Origin: Actinomycetota bacterium
GTDB taxonomy: Bacteria; Actinomycetota; Actinomycetes; Nanopelagicales; Nanopelagicaceae
Direction of reading: 5' to 3'
NCBI GenBank assembly: GCA_947477185.1
Contig: CANJTH010000001.1
Coordinates: 1-54,413 of the forward strand
Length of the DNA: 54,413 nucleotides
Shown here: piece by piece, positions 1 through 11,582 of the stretch
How the letters are laid out: each line of letters starts with the position of its first letter
Position numbering within the stretch: position 1 is the first letter of the stretch
Notes under the pieces: model-generated
Databases searched by the model: none
Told to the model about the DNA's origin: nothing
The model's input: the letters and a program-made list of their open reading frames with translations, nothing else
Made by a program: the position numbers and the translations under genes

Positions 1-1138
1 AATTCTGACACTTCTTTCGGTATGGGGAGAGCGCCGCTTAGTCGGTCGCATGCAACAGCGCCCAGGACCTAACCGTGTTGGTCCATTTGGTTTAATTCAG
101 GCGCTAGCCGATGGAGTAAAACTGGCACTCAAAGAGGACATCATTCCGGCAGCGGCCGACAAAGTAGTCTTTGTTTTAGCTCCAATTATCAGTGCTACAA
201 CCTGCTTTATGTCCTTTGCAGTTATTCCAATAACAGGCCCAGTAACTTTGTTTGGTCAAAAGACTGCGATGCAGCTAACTGATCTTCCAATCGGTGTTCT
301 CTATGTTCTGGCAATCGCATCGATTGGTGTCTACGGAATCATCTTGGCTGGATGGTCATCGGGCTCTACCTATCCACTCCTCGGTGGTCTGCGCTCTAGC
401 GCACAGGTTATTTCCTATGAAATTGCAATGGGGCTCTCACTTGTCGCCGTCTTTATCTATGCAGGCTCGATGTCAACATCAGATATTGTCGCCGCCCAAT
501 CAAAGACGTGGTATGCCGTGGTCCTATTCCCATCCTTTGTTATCTTTGCAATATCTATGGTCGGTGAGACAAACCGTGCACCATTTGATTTAGCTGAAGC
601 CGAAGGCGAGCTCGTCGGTGGCTTCCATACCGAGTACTCATCTCTTAAGTTCGCATTATTTTTCTTAGCTGAATACGTCAACATCATCTCCGTCTCAGCC
701 CTTGCAACAACGCTCTTCCTCGGTGGTTATCACGCACCACCGTTCTTGGGCTTTACTGAAAACTGGCTGGGTGGCTGGTTTACTGGAATCTGGTTCTTCT
801 CCAAAGTCTTAGTCTTCTTCTTCGTATTTGTGTGGCTGCGCGGAACCCTGCCACGTCTTCGCTATGACCAGTTCATGCAGTTCGGCTGGAAAATCTTAAT
901 TCCAGTTTCAATCGTATGGATCTTGATTGTTGCAACACTGCGCCTACTTTCCATGCAAGGTGCACCGCGTTTAGTCGTTGTCGGATTCGCAAGCTTTGTA
1001 GTTCTACTTATTATGTTAGTCAATATCGGCTTTGAGAAGGCCAAGAAGAAGAAGGACGAGGCCGTTTTCGACGAAGGGCCAGCGCCGAGCTTTGCAGTCC
1101 CAGCTTTGCCGATTAAGAAGGAGAGCGACCATGTCTGA
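1..1138 (+). CDS. nuoH: NADH-quinone oxidoreductase subunit H (5'-partial)
   Basis: Frame is open from base 2 ([30 protein letters not shown]); motifs ADGVKL..KED and [25 protein letters not shown]. Confidence 0.97.
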   Translation, partial: ILTLLSVWGERRLVGRMQQRPGPNRVGPFGLIQALADGVKLALKEDIIPAAADKVVFVLAPIISATTCFMSFAVIPITGPVTLFGQKTAMQLTDLPIGVLYVLAIASIGVYGIILAGWSSGSTYPLLGGLRSSAQVISYEIAMGLSLVAVFIYAGSMSTSDIVAAQSKTWYAVVLFPSFVIFAISMVGETNRAPFDLAEAEGELVGGFHTEYSSLKFALFFLAEYVNIISVSALATTLFLGGYHAPPFLGFTENWLGGWFTGIWFFSKVLVFFFVFVWLRGTLPRLRYDQFMQFGWKILIPVSIVWILIVATLRLLSMQGAPRLVVVGFASFVVLLIMLVNIGFEKAKKKKDEAVFDEGPAPSFAVPALPIKKESDHV

Positions 1139-1739
1139 TATCGAAGCCTTTAAAAATAATGAGTTAGATCTCAAAAAAGTTGAGTTCGAACAGGTCGATC
1201 AACCTGGCTCTGTTGGATTACTAGGTCATGCAAAGGGCTTCTGGGTTACTTTCTCGACAATCTTTAAAAAGCCAGAAACCGTTGAATATCCCGAGGTTAA
1301 AGCACCTACGCAGGAGCGATTCCATGGCCGCCATCAGTTAAACCGCCACCCAGATGGCTTAGAAAAATGCATTGGCTGCGAACTCTGTGCTTGGGCCTGT
1401 CCAGCAGATGCGATCTATGTTGAAGGCGCCGATAACACAGAAGAGCATCGCATGTCACCAGGTGAGCGCTACGGCAAGGTCTATCAAATTAACTATCTAC
1501 GCTGCGTTTTCTGCGGACTATGTATCGAAGCCTGCCCAACGCGTGCGCTGACGATGACAAATGAGTACGAACTCGCCGATGATTCGCGTGAAAAACTAAT
1601 CTTTGAAAAAGATGACTTACTTGGACCATTACGTGCTGGCATGTTGATGCCACCGCATCCGATGTATCCAGATATGGATGATAAGAATTACTACAAAGGT
1701 GATGTTACCCAAGCTCATCCATCACAGGAAATAAAATAA
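1131..1739 (+). CDS. nuoI: NADH-quinone oxidoreductase subunit I
   Basis: Two CxxCxxCxxxCP ferredoxin motifs ([24 protein letters not shown]); ATG at 1131 follows an AAGGAG RBS and overlaps the nuoH stop. Confidence 0.96.
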   Translation: MSDIEAFKNNELDLKKVEFEQVDQPGSVGLLGHAKGFWVTFSTIFKKPETVEYPEVKAPTQERFHGRHQLNRHPDGLEKCIGCELCAWACPADAIYVEGADNTEEHRMSPGERYGKVYQINYLRCVFCGLCIEACPTRALTMTNEYELADDSREKLIFEKDDLLGPLRAGMLMPPHPMYPDMDDKNYYKGDVTQAHPSQEIK

Positions 1740-2531
1740 ATGAACGAGTTAGCTCTGCAAGTTGGTCAGACGGCATCCCCTGAAGCGATGCTTTTCTGGA
1801 TTCTTGCACCGCTAACTCTTGCCGCCGCTCTTGGAATGCTACTTGTTAAAAAAGCAGTTCACTCGGCAATCTTGATGGCATTTGTCATGGTCGCACTTGC
1901 AGTCTTCTATATCGCACAGGGTGCTCCATTTCTTGGAATCGTACAGATCGTTGTTTATACAGGAGCGGTCATGATGCTCTTTCTCTTTATCCTCATGTTG
2001 GTTGGTGTTGATTCATCTGACTCACTGACAGAGACAATTCGTGGTCTTCGCCCAATTGCAATTACCGCCGCTCTTGGTTTTGGCGGGCTGATGGTTTCGC
2101 TACTGGGCCGTGCGAGATTAGGCCGCAGCGCAGTTGGAGTAGAAGGGGTAAATGCAAACGGCAACGTAGAGGGAATTGCACAGCTTTTATTTTCAACTTT
2201 TGTCTGGCCCTTTGAAGTTGTATCTGCACTACTAATAACCGCCGCCCTTGGTGCAATGGTTTTAGCCCATCACCAACGGATTCAAGAGCGCCCAACTCAG
2301 CGCCAACTTTCCATTAATAGGTTCCGCGGAGATTCTCTGGCAACGGCCGCTGGTCTTCCAGCTCCAGGTGTCTTTGCACGACATAACGCCGTTGATGTTC
2401 CAGCGCTTTTGCCAGATGGCACAGCAGCTGCCGCCTCGATCAATGCCAGCTTAAAAGCACGCGGAGATGTCTTAGATTCATCGCGCTTTGAACTCGGCAC
2501 GGTCGATACAAGTATTGAGGAGGAGAAATAG
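1740..2531 (+). CDS. nuoJ: NADH-quinone oxidoreductase subunit J
   Basis: QIVVYTGAVMMLFLFILML and PFEVVSALLITAALGA motifs; operon position. Confidence 0.95.
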   Translation: MNELALQVGQTASPEAMLFWILAPLTLAAALGMLLVKKAVHSAILMAFVMVALAVFYIAQGAPFLGIVQIVVYTGAVMMLFLFILMLVGVDSSDSLTETIRGLRPIAITAALGFGGLMVSLLGRARLGRSAVGVEGVNANGNVEGIAQLLFSTFVWPFEVVSALLITAALGAMVLAHHQRIQERPTQRQLSINRFRGDSLATAAGLPAPGVFARHNAVDVPALLPDGTAAAASINASLKARGDVLDSSRFELGTVDTSIEEEK

Positions 2532-2831
2532 ATGAATGCAGCTAACTATCTCTATCTCTCAGCACTTCTCTTTACTATCGGTGCAGTCGGCGTAGTTCTT
2601 CGCCGCAATGCAATCGTCGTATTCATGTGTGTTGAGCTCATGCTCAACGCCGCTAATCTCTCGTTTGTAACCTTCTCTCGCATCAACGGAGATCTCAACG
2701 GCCAGGTGGTTGCCTTCTTTACGATGGTCGTTGCCGCTTGCGAAGTCGTAGTTGGTTTAGCAATTATCGTAACGATTTATCGCTCACGCCGATCAGCATC
2801 TGTCGATGATGCCAGTTTGTTGAAGCGATAG
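2532..2831 (+). CDS. nuoK: NADH-quinone oxidoreductase subunit K
   Basis: [20 protein letters not shown] and [12 protein letters not shown]; 99 aa. Confidence 0.97.
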   Translation: MNAANYLYLSALLFTIGAVGVVLRRNAIVVFMCVELMLNAANLSFVTFSRINGDLNGQVVAFFTMVVAACEVVVGLAIIVTIYRSRRSASVDDASLLKR

Positions 2832-2833
2832 CC

Positions 2834-4723
2834 ATGATGAGTTCAAATAGCCTGGTTTATCTCATTGCACTGCCACTTGCTGGCGCTGTAATTTTATTAT
2901 TAGCAGGACGCCGCAGCGATAAATGGGGACACTTACTTGCAACGGCGCTTTCAGCATCTTCATTCTTTGTGGGTCTCTATCAACTCTCATTAATGCTTGG
3001 CCGTCCAAGTGAGCAACGCCCAGTTGGTCAGAAGCTCTTTGAGTGGATATCGGTAGGGACATTTAAGATCGATGCAGGTTTATTGCTCGATCAATTGTCT
3101 ATCTGCTTTGTTCTTTTGATTACAGGTGTGGGCACATTGATTCATATCTATTCAATCTCCTACATGGCCCACGATCCAGATCGCCGCCGATTCTTTGCAT
3201 TTTTAAATCTCTTTATCGCCGCAATGCTCTTACTTGTCTTGGGCGATAGTTATCTCAATCTTTATGTTGGCTGGGAGGGCGTAGGTCTTGCCTCCTATCT
3301 CTTAATCGGTTTCTGGAATCAAAAGCCTGCATATGCAACGGCCTCTAAAAAAGCATTTATCATGAACCGCGTTGGTGACATGGGGCTCTCTTTTGCCATC
3401 ATGATCGCATTTGCAACGATGGGCACTGTCTCATTTACCGGCGTAAAGGCCGCCGCTGAGCAGACATCAACTGCGGCGCTCACCGGTATCGGCATTATGT
3501 TGTTAGTTGCAGCAACTGGAAAATCTGCACAATTCCCGCTACAGGCATGGCTTGGCGATGCGATGGCGGGTCCTACTCCGGTCTCGGCCCTGATCCACGC
3601 CGCGACAATGGTTACCGCGGGGGTCTATCTCATTACTCGCTCTAACTTCATCTTTGATGCCGCTCCTACCGCCCAACTTTTGGTTGTCATCGTCGGTGCA
3701 ATTACTTTGATGTTTGGTGCCTTAATCGGTACAGCCAAAGATGATATTAAAAAAGCCCTTGCAGCATCAACAATGTCGCAGATCGGTTACATGATTTTGG
3801 CCGCTGGCCTTGGTCCAGTTGGTTATGCCTTTGCAATCATGCACTTGCTCACACATGGTTTCTTTAAAGCTGGAATGTTCCTTGGAGCAGGTTCAGTTAT
3901 GCATGGAATGAACGATCAGGTAAATATGCGCAAATATGGCGCGCTGCGTAAGTTCATGCCAATTACCTTTGTAACATTTGGACTTGGATACTTAGCGATT
4001 TTAGGCGTTCCACCATTTGCCGGCTTCTATTCAAAAGATATGATCATTGAAACTGCATTTAACTCTGGCGGTATTAAAGGAATCATTCTTGGATCGGTCA
4101 CATTATTAGGTGCAGGCATTACTGCTTTTTATATGACACGAGTAATGATCCTTACATTTACCGGTACTTCTCGCTGGGATGAAGAGGCACATCCCCATGA
4201 GTCCCCATGGTTAATGTGGTTGCCTATGGCCATCCTTGCCGTTGGTTCAGTTACATCGGGTTACTTATTGAGTCATGGGAATGCACTTATTAACTGGCTA
4301 TCACCGCTCTTTGAAAGCCATGGTGAACATGAAGAGCTTCTCTCACCAATAGTTGTCTCAGCACTTGCCTTAGCGATGGTAGCTATTGGTGTCGCAATTG
4401 CATTTATGAAGTACTCACGAAATGAAGTTGAAGCAGTGGCACCTACCGATGTTTCAATCTTTACAACAATTGCCCGCCAAGATTTAATGCAGGATCGCTT
4501 CAATGAGGCCGTCTTTATGCGTCCAGGTCAGGTGTTAACCGATGTATTGGTCAAGACTGATGAGGCGGTAATCGATGGGGCTGTGCGAGGCGTGGGACGA
4601 GCAGCTCTTGGTTCAGGAGCATCCCTGCGTGGGCTTCAGAACGGCTTTGTGCGCAGTTATGCCGCGTTAATTTTCATTGGCGCACTCGCACTCATTGCTG
4701 CTATCTGGGTGGTGGTCCAATAA
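2834..4723 (+). CDS. nuoL: NADH-quinone oxidoreductase subunit L
   Basis: [35 protein letters not shown]; [10 protein letters not shown]. Confidence 0.97.
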   Translation: MMSSNSLVYLIALPLAGAVILLLAGRRSDKWGHLLATALSASSFFVGLYQLSLMLGRPSEQRPVGQKLFEWISVGTFKIDAGLLLDQLSICFVLLITGVGTLIHIYSISYMAHDPDRRRFFAFLNLFIAAMLLLVLGDSYLNLYVGWEGVGLASYLLIGFWNQKPAYATASKKAFIMNRVGDMGLSFAIMIAFATMGTVSFTGVKAAAEQTSTAALTGIGIMLLVAATGKSAQFPLQAWLGDAMAGPTPVSALIHAATMVTAGVYLITRSNFIFDAAPTAQLLVVIVGAITLMFGALIGTAKDDIKKALAASTMSQIGYMILAAGLGPVGYAFAIMHLLTHGFFKAGMFLGAGSVMHGMNDQVNMRKYGALRKFMPITFVTFGLGYLAILGVPPFAGFYSKDMIIETAFNSGGIKGIILGSVTLLGAGITAFYMTRVMILTFTGTSRWDEEAHPHESPWLMWLPMAILAVGSVTSGYLLSHGNALINWLSPLFESHGEHEELLSPIVVSALALAMVAIGVAIAFMKYSRNEVEAVAPTDVSIFTTIARQDLMQDRFNEAVFMRPGQVLTDVLVKTDEAVIDGAVRGVGRAALGSGASLRGLQNGFVRSYAALIFIGALALIAAIWVVVQ

Positions 4724-6231
4724 TGATCTGGTTAACGCTCTTGATGGTTTTGCCACTTGCTGGTTCAGTTGTGGTTGTAGCCCTTCCAAAGACGAATGAG
4801 AAGTTAGTAAAGCAAGTTGCCCTTGCAACAACACTAATTGTCTTGGGCGCAACAATCGCCATGGCCACCACTTTCCAACGCGATAACGTTGAGCTTCAAT
4901 TTGTTGAAAAGTATTCATGGATTCCATCCTTTGGAATCAACTACGCATTGGGTATCGATGGCCTTGCATTAGTCCTTATCTTAATGTCAACGATTCTTGC
5001 CCCAGTTGTAGTTCTTGCCGGTTGGAATGAATCTCACGGTGGACGCTGGAGCGTTAAAACCTTCTATATCCTTATCCTTGTCTTAGAGACAATGATGATA
5101 GGTGTGTTTGCAGCAACTGATGTATTCCTCTTTTATGTGATCTTTGAAGCTATGTTGATCCCGGTCTACTTCCTTATTGGGGGATATGGAACGGGTGAGC
5201 GATCAGCGGCAGCGGTAAAGTTTTTGATTTATAGCCTCTTCGGTGGCTTACTGATGTTGGCTTCAATCATTGCACTGTATGTGATGTCAGGGGCACAGGG
5301 TGGACACACATTTGATTTAGTGGCACTCTCCAAGCTTGAGATGAGCTCAACCACACAGAATCTTTTGTTCTTAGGATTCTTTATCGCCTTTGCGATCAAA
5401 GCTCCCTTGTGGCCACTTCATACCTGGCTACCCGATGCTGCCGAATCGGCTACACCAGGAACTTCAGTACTGCTCCTAGGTGTCTTAGACAAGGTCGGAA
5501 CCTTTGGAATGATTCGCTACTGCCTAACTCTATTTCCAGAGGCCAGCAAGACATTTACACCACTGATTTTGGTCTTAGCGGTAATTTCAATTGTTTACGG
5601 AGCAATCCTTGCGATTGGTCAGCGTGATTTAAAGCGTCTGATCGCCTTTACATCGATCTCTCACTTTGGCTTCATCACAATGGGAATCTTTGCTATGACC
5701 TCTCAAGGCCATAGCGGAGCAACGTTATACATGTTTAATCACGCCTTCTCCACCGCCGCCTTATTCTTAGTTGGAGGCTGGATGATCTCTAGGCGCGGAT
5801 CTTCAACGATCACCGACTTTGGTGGCCTACAGCGCGTTACACCTGTAATGGCCTGGATGTTCTTCCTTGCTGGAATGTCATCGCTTGCACTTCCTGGTCT
5901 ATCGAGCTTCGTTAGCGAGTTTTTAGTTCTTGTCGGTACCTTCACGCGTTATCCAGTACATGCAGTCATTGCAACATTTGGAATAGTTTTAGCAGCGCTA
6001 TACATTTTAATCCCAGTTCAAAAAGCGCTCCATGGACCAACTACACCAGGAAATGAAAACCTGAGTGATTTAAATCTTCGTGAAAAAATCGCTATCGCAC
6101 CTGTAATTGCAATTATCGTCGTTCTTGGTTTCTATCCATCACCACTGCTCAAGGTCATTAATCCAGCGGCTTCACATGTCATCGCTCAACTGGGCTTTAG
6201 CGATCCTCTACCAACGAGTGGGAGCAAATAA
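4723..6231 (+). CDS. nuoM: NADH-quinone oxidoreductase subunit M
   Basis: FAIKAPLWPLHTWLPDA; DLKRLIAFTSISHFG; TAATG coupling to nuoL. Confidence 0.97.
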   Translation: MIWLTLLMVLPLAGSVVVVALPKTNEKLVKQVALATTLIVLGATIAMATTFQRDNVELQFVEKYSWIPSFGINYALGIDGLALVLILMSTILAPVVVLAGWNESHGGRWSVKTFYILILVLETMMIGVFAATDVFLFYVIFEAMLIPVYFLIGGYGTGERSAAAVKFLIYSLFGGLLMLASIIALYVMSGAQGGHTFDLVALSKLEMSSTTQNLLFLGFFIAFAIKAPLWPLHTWLPDAAESATPGTSVLLLGVLDKVGTFGMIRYCLTLFPEASKTFTPLILVLAVISIVYGAILAIGQRDLKRLIAFTSISHFGFITMGIFAMTSQGHSGATLYMFNHAFSTAALFLVGGWMISRRGSSTITDFGGLQRVTPVMAWMFFLAGMSSLALPGLSSFVSEFLVLVGTFTRYPVHAVIATFGIVLAALYILIPVQKALHGPTTPGNENLSDLNLREKIAIAPVIAIIVVLGFYPSPLLKVINPAASHVIAQLGFSDPLPTSGSK

Positions 6232-7749
6232 ATGGGTTTCACTTCGCCAGTACTTAACTACACACTGCTTTCACCAATTTTAATTCTCCTTGCTGGAGCT
6301 TTAATCGGTGTATTAGTAGAAGCCTTTGTATCCAAAGCACTGCGCTCGATTACACAGTTAACCTTAACAATCGGCACACTTGTTTTATCTCTTGCTCAAG
6401 TATGGAAAATCCGCAACGCCCAATCTACGACCGCTGCAATGGGATCGGTAGTAATCGATGGCCCAGCTATTTTATTGCAGGCCACCATTCTTATCATTGC
6501 AATCATCTCAGTCTTTGTTATTGCCGATACTGATCACTTCACCGCCCTTGCTGCAGCTCTGCCAGGTTCGGATGAAGAGCGCCATGCCGTACAAACAGGA
6601 AATCAAGTAACAGAGGTCTACCCACTCACACTCTTTGCCATATCAGGAATGATGTTGTTCCCAGTTTCAAGTGATTTGATTACTTTATTTGTAGCCCTTG
6701 AAATGCTATCGCTGCCACTCTACTTAATGGCAGGCCTTTCACGCCGGCGCCGTTTGGCATCCCAAGAGGCGGCCCTTAAATACTTCTTACTCGGCGCCTT
6801 TTCCTCAGCATTTTTCCTCTTTGGAATGGCGTATTTATATGGGTACTCAACCTCAGTCACATTTGCCGGAATCCGTGAATCAGTAGTTGGTGGCAGTGGT
6901 AACGATGTACTACTTCTGATCGGCATCGCATTTCTTTCCATTGGCCTGCTCTTTAAAGTTGGCGCAGTTCCTTTCCATGCATGGTCACCCGATGTCTATC
7001 AAGGTGCACCAACACCAATCACTGGATTTATGGCAGCAGCTACCAAGGTTGCTGCATTTGGTGCGATGCTCCGTATCTACTACACGGTCTTTGCCAATGC
7101 ACAGTGGTCTTGGTCCCCGCTACTTTCGGCAATAGCAATCATCACCATGCTCTTTGGCTCATTCGTTGCAATAGCCCAACGAGATGTGAAGCGCATGCTG
7201 GCTTACTCATCAATTGCACATGCAGGCTTTTTGCTCGCAGGTGTTATTGCGCTCAATAAGGCAGGGCTAGATGCCTCAATCTTTTACTTATTTGCCTATG
7301 GCGTTGCAACCGTTGGTGCATTTGCAGTCGTGACATTGGTGCGTGATGCAAACGGTGAAGTTACCGACTTAAATCGTTGGAAGGGCTTAGGTAAGCGCTC
7401 TCCATGGATCGCCGCTACATTTGCAGGATTCTTATTAGCCTTTGCTGGAATCCCTCTAACAAGTGGTTTCATTGGAAAGTTTTCAATCTTTTCTGCCGCA
7501 TATGAAAACGGTGCGAAGGCCGTTGTAATAGCCGGTGTACTCTCAAGTGCAATTGCTGCCTTTTTCTATATACGTGTAATCGTTCTGATGTTCTTCACCG
7601 ACCCAGTTCAAGATGGTACAAGTGTTGAGATTCCATCATCACTTACACGGATCGCAATTATCTTTTCAATCATTCTCACCATTGCACTGGGCGTTTATCC
7701 CGCTCCACTTCTTGATTTCATAACAAGCCTCGCAACCTTTATCCGCTAA
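6232..7749 (+). CDS. nuoN: NADH-quinone oxidoreductase subunit N
   Basis: EAALKYFLLGAFSS; FKVGAVPFHAWSPDVYQGAPTP; KRMLAYSSIAHAG. Confidence 0.97.
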   Translation: MGFTSPVLNYTLLSPILILLAGALIGVLVEAFVSKALRSITQLTLTIGTLVLSLAQVWKIRNAQSTTAAMGSVVIDGPAILLQATILIIAIISVFVIADTDHFTALAAALPGSDEERHAVQTGNQVTEVYPLTLFAISGMMLFPVSSDLITLFVALEMLSLPLYLMAGLSRRRRLASQEAALKYFLLGAFSSAFFLFGMAYLYGYSTSVTFAGIRESVVGGSGNDVLLLIGIAFLSIGLLFKVGAVPFHAWSPDVYQGAPTPITGFMAAATKVAAFGAMLRIYYTVFANAQWSWSPLLSAIAIITMLFGSFVAIAQRDVKRMLAYSSIAHAGFLLAGVIALNKAGLDASIFYLFAYGVATVGAFAVVTLVRDANGEVTDLNRWKGLGKRSPWIAATFAGFLLAFAGIPLTSGFIGKFSIFSAAYENGAKAVVIAGVLSSAIAAFFYIRVIVLMFFTDPVQDGTSVEIPSSLTRIAIIFSIILTIALGVYPAPLLDFITSLATFIR

Positions 7750-8738
7750 TGTCATCATTTGGTATTCCCAACGTCGCACCGGCACTTGAAGCCACACTCG
7801 TGGCCCAGATGGCGCAGGTAGAAGCTCTGCTCTTGAGCCACACACGAAGTGACAATCCCTTTGTTGATGAAACTGCGCACCACCTTGTTGCAGCCGGTGG
7901 CAAGCGTCTTCGCCCCTTATTAACCCTATTAACTGCTCAGTTTGGTGATCCAACGGGCCAAGGTGTTATCGCAGCGGCCGTTGCCTGCGAGATTACGCAC
8001 ATAGCAACGCTCTATCACGATGATGTGATGGATGAGGCGCCACTTCGCCGTGGGGTTGAGAGTGCAAATCTTCGATGGGGTAACACTATTGCGATCTTGA
8101 CTGGTGATTTTCTCTTTGCAAAATCCTCTGACCTCTTAGCCGACCTTGGCCCTGCAGCCGTTCGTTTACAGGCGCGCACATTTGAGCGCCTTGTTATTGG
8201 TCAGATTATGGAGACGCAGGGGCCAAATCCCGGGCAAGACCCACTTGATTATTACTTAAAGGTTGTGGCCGATAAAACAGGTTCGTTGATCGCCGCTAGT
8301 GCACGCTATGGCGCAATGATTTCAGGTGCACCACTTGAGATTATGGATATCGTGACTAAATTTGGTGAAAAGATAGGTGTTGCTTTTCAATTAGCCGATG
8401 ATGTTATCGATATCGCGAGTGAATCAAGTCAATCAGGCAAGACACCAGGTACTGATTTACGTGAGGGTGTGCCAACGCTTGTAACTTTAAATGTCATGAA
8501 GTCAAGAGATTCGGCCGATCGCGAGTTACAGCAATTACTATCGGGACCTATTGAGGATGAAGCAACTGTGGCGCAAGTTTTAGAGGAGCTTCGCAACCAC
8601 AAAGCACTGGATGTATCACGTGAACAACTGCACAATGTTGCTAAAGAGGCACGTCTTGCACTTGGGCCCTTACCCGTCAGTGATGCAACTGGTGCCTTAA
8701 TGTCGCTATGTGACGCTGTTATCGACCGTTCTGCTTGA
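7749..8738 (+). CDS. Polyprenyl (heptaprenyl-type) diphosphate synthase
   Basis: GGKRLRP, first DDxxD (HDDVMD..LRRG), KTGSL and second motif FQLADDVID; usual position after nuoN in actinobacteria. Confidence 0.93.
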   Translation: MSSFGIPNVAPALEATLVAQMAQVEALLLSHTRSDNPFVDETAHHLVAAGGKRLRPLLTLLTAQFGDPTGQGVIAAAVACEITHIATLYHDDVMDEAPLRRGVESANLRWGNTIAILTGDFLFAKSSDLLADLGPAAVRLQARTFERLVIGQIMETQGPNPGQDPLDYYLKVVADKTGSLIAASARYGAMISGAPLEIMDIVTKFGEKIGVAFQLADDVIDIASESSQSGKTPGTDLREGVPTLVTLNVMKSRDSADRELQQLLSGPIEDEATVAQVLEELRNHKALDVSREQLHNVAKEARLALGPLPVSDATGALMSLCDAVIDRSA

Positions 8739-9596
8739 TTTAAGTAAATCTAGAGCTAGCACGCTCAGTGCCACCCAAATAATAACGAAACCAGCCCATC
8801 TTGCAGCAGACATATCTTCATGGCGGATCCACACACCAATGCAAAAAGTCAACGTAGGTGTGATGTACTGCAATAAGCCGATGGTTGCTAGAGGTAGCCG
8901 TGTTGTTGCACCATTAAATAATAAGAGCGGAATTGCAGTTACTGCACCCGCGCTGATTAATAGAAGCGTTAGTCCAGTTGTACGTCCAAACTGTCCGGTT
9001 CCCTGATTGCCTATATAAATAAGGTATCCCAGGTAGAAGAAGCCTGAGATAAATGTTTCAATCGCAAGGCCTTCTAGCGCGCCAAGCCCCAACAGCTTTT
9101 TCATGATCCCGTAACTTCCCCAAGAGAGAGCTATTACAAGGGCGATCCAGGGCAGGCGCCCGTAATCAATAGTTAGGACAAGAACGCCCGCTGTCGCAAT
9201 GGATATAGCAGCCCACTGCAGTTTTCGGATCCTTTCCTTTAAAGCGATTACACCAAATGCGATCATTGCAAGAGGATTGATGTAATAACCCAGTGATGTC
9301 TCTACTACGTGGCCATTATTTGTAGCCCAGATAAAAACTAGCCAGTTAATCGAAATCAGAATCGATGTGAGGAGTAATTTAGCTGCAATTTTTGGGCGTT
9401 TCATTGTGGCTAAAGTATTTTTTAACGCCTTGGTAATAGCCAAGATAATTATGCAGAAAACTAAAGTCCATACTGCACGGTGGGAGACAATTTCAAGAGC
9501 TGATGCAGGTTTTAGTAAGGGCCAATATAAAGGAAACGTACCCCAAAGAACATAAGCACTTACTGCGAAGAGTAAGCCAATTTTGTTTTTATTCAA
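8706..9596 (-). CDS. rarD: EamA/DMT family transporter RarD
   Basis: AYVLWG..PLYW, HRAVW, SLGYYINPL, GLLQYITP motifs. Confidence 0.92.
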   Translation of the reverse strand: MNKNKIGLLFAVSAYVLWGTFPLYWPLLKPASALEIVSHRAVWTLVFCIIILAITKALKNTLATMKRPKIAAKLLLTSILISINWLVFIWATNNGHVVETSLGYYINPLAMIAFGVIALKERIRKLQWAAISIATAGVLVLTIDYGRLPWIALVIALSWGSYGIMKKLLGLGALEGLAIETFISGFFYLGYLIYIGNQGTGQFGRTTGLTLLLISAGAVTAIPLLLFNGATTRLPLATIGLLQYITPTLTFCIGVWIRHEDMSAARWAGFVIIWVALSVLALDLLKSSRTVDNSVT

Positions 9597-10088
9597 TTAT
9601 CTAAAATTCGTAAATTGAACTGCGAAATCCCAGCCACCATCTTTAACCATTGCCATAACCTCTTGCAGATCATCTCGACTCTTTGAAGTCACACGAAGCT
9701 CATCGCCTTGAATCTGAGTTTTTACAGATTTTGGTCCCTCATCGCGAATCTTCTTTGCAATCTTCTTAGCGTTTTCCGTTGAAATACCCTCTTTTAGCGG
9801 GGCAGCAATCTTGTAGATCTTTCCAGATAAAAATGGCGCACCTGCATCCAGATGTTTGAGTGAAACCCCACGCTTAATCATCTTGTCTTTAACAACATCC
9901 AGGGCTGCCTTAGCGCGCTCTTCAGTATCGGCCTCAATCAAAATCTTTTCACCCTCTAATTCAATTTTTGAGCCAGTATTTTTGAAATCAAAACGGGTAT
10001 CAATCTCGCGGATCGCTTGATTTATAGCGTTATCCAGCTCCATACGATCAATCTTGGAGGTTACGTCAAAACTTGCATCTGCTGCCAT
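9597..10088 (-). CDS. yajQ: YajQ family nucleotide / c-di-GMP-binding protein
   Basis: [45 protein letters not shown]; ATG at 10088 has a GGAG upstream. Confidence 0.94.
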   Translation of the reverse strand: MAADASFDVTSKIDRMELDNAINQAIREIDTRFDFKNTGSKIELEGEKILIEADTEERAKAALDVVKDKMIKRGVSLKHLDAGAPFLSGKIYKIAAPLKEGISTENAKKIAKKIRDEGPKSVKTQIQGDELRVTSKSRDDLQEVMAMVKDGGWDFAVQFTNFR

Positions 10089-10191
10089 CGTGGGCTCCAT
10101 TCACTTAAAAAGCGCGGTTTGTACGCGCACGCACCTAAGGTATCCTTTCCCTTCGCACTATCCATAATTGCCGCAGTACTTGTTCGACCTT

Positions 10192-10276
10192 GGCGGGTTG
10201 CCCGAGCGGCCAATGGGAGGGGACTGTAAATCCCCCGGCTCTGCCTTCGAAGGTTCAAATCCTTCACCCGCCACCA
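10192..10276 (+). tRNA. tRNA-Tyr (GTA)
   Basis: Acceptor stem GGCGGGT/ACCCGCC, anticodon arm GGGGA-ctGTAaa-TCCCC, long variable arm, GAAGG-TTCAAAT-CCTTC T arm, discriminator A and encoded CCA. Confidence 0.97.
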
Positions 10277-10417
10277 GAAGTACTTTCTGCCAAGTCAAAT
10301 TTACCTACCTTTAACTCGTACAGAACTTTCAACTTCGCTTTAATTAAGAATCTGTGAGGCTCGAGCTGAGCTGTAAGGATAAACGTTAATCCAATCAAGA
10401 GGGTCTAGGCTGCAGGA

Positions 10418-11572
10418 ATGCCGGGAAGAGAGCGTAAGAATCATATCCCTGACTCCCGTGAGTTAACCCAGCGGGGATTTATATGCGCAGCAATTGCATT
10501 TGCGATGATGGGATTTACTTCAACATGCTGGGGGCCCATGCTCCCATGGATTGCAGACCGGTCAGAGCTTTCCATTTCCAGATCCGGCTTAGTATTAGCT
10601 GGATTTACACTCCACACTCTAGGAGGAACATTAATAGTTCAAATTTTCGGGCCCCGCAGAGATTTAATCTGGTTTATTCAGCACGGAATTATTATTGCCC
10701 TTATTGGCTTTATAGGGGTTGTGACTTTACGAGATCCTCTCTTGCTTACTCTTTCTGGCTGTTTTGCTGGTTTAGGTTATGGCGCCACTGGTATATCACT
10801 TTTACAGCTTTTCACTCGCAGTAGTAACGCTAGCCACGTACGGATGAATTTAGCTAGTGCTGCTACAGGTTTTGGAGCACTTATTGGTCCCTTCTCAATT
10901 GGTACGGCTGGAGCTTCTAAGATTCCCCTGATTGTTATTTCTGCAATTAGTACTTCATTTATCGCGACTAGATTTCTTACTGGAGCGAAGTGGCGAGTAG
11001 AGAAATTCAACCACTCTTCTCAAACTCCTGAAAACCGCATCAGGCTTGCCATAATTTTATTGGCTGTAATTTTCTATTCTGGACTCGAAAACTCAATTGG
11101 AGCATGGCTCCCGACAATCATCCGGACATCTAATGGAACCTTAGAGGCTGGGGCATTAACCAGTGCTTTCTTTTATCTGTTCTTTTCGCTTGGCCGATTT
11201 TTCGGTGTTTTCTTATCGCGGTACGCAGAGCCACACTCAATAATTGCTATGTGCATACTTGCTACATTAGCGCCTTTTTCGTTTGCAATTTTGAGTCAAA
11301 ATCACACAAGTTTGGGTCTTGCTATATGTGGGTTTTTTCTGGGCCCAATTTTTCCTAATTCATCAAGCTGGATAGCACGAAAAACCCCAGGTTTTCCCTT
11401 AGCAACCACGGTATTGATGCTTTCAATAATGTTAGGAGGGTTTATTTTCCCACCCATTTTAGGTTTTATTTTAGAATCTAATGGCACCACGGGCTATCTC
11501 TACTCCCTGGCTGTACTTCTAGTTCTATCGACATCAACATTTTCTTATAGTTATATAAAATGGCGTGCATAG
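10418..11572 (+). CDS. MFS transporter (FucP/TsgA-like)
   Basis: About 12 hydrophobic segments; WGPMLP, FYSGLENSIGAWLP, LGRFFG, GFFLGPIFP motifs. Confidence 0.8.
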   Translation: MPGRERKNHIPDSRELTQRGFICAAIAFAMMGFTSTCWGPMLPWIADRSELSISRSGLVLAGFTLHTLGGTLIVQIFGPRRDLIWFIQHGIIIALIGFIGVVTLRDPLLLTLSGCFAGLGYGATGISLLQLFTRSSNASHVRMNLASAATGFGALIGPFSIGTAGASKIPLIVISAISTSFIATRFLTGAKWRVEKFNHSSQTPENRIRLAIILLAVIFYSGLENSIGAWLPTIIRTSNGTLEAGALTSAFFYLFFSLGRFFGVFLSRYAEPHSIIAMCILATLAPFSFAILSQNHTSLGLAICGFFLGPIFPNSSSWIARKTPGFPLATTVLMLSIMLGGFIFPPILGFILESNGTTGYLYSLAVLLVLSTSTFSYSYIKWRA

Positions 11573-11582
11573 CTAGCCAGAT

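Noticed and set aside
1032-1130. Arg-rich N-terminal extension of NuoI in the ORF track
   Set aside because: It overlaps nuoH coding sequence; ATG at 1131 has a clear RBS.
10017-10267. Small ORFs on both strands
   Set aside because: They overlap yajQ and the tRNA-Tyr gene.
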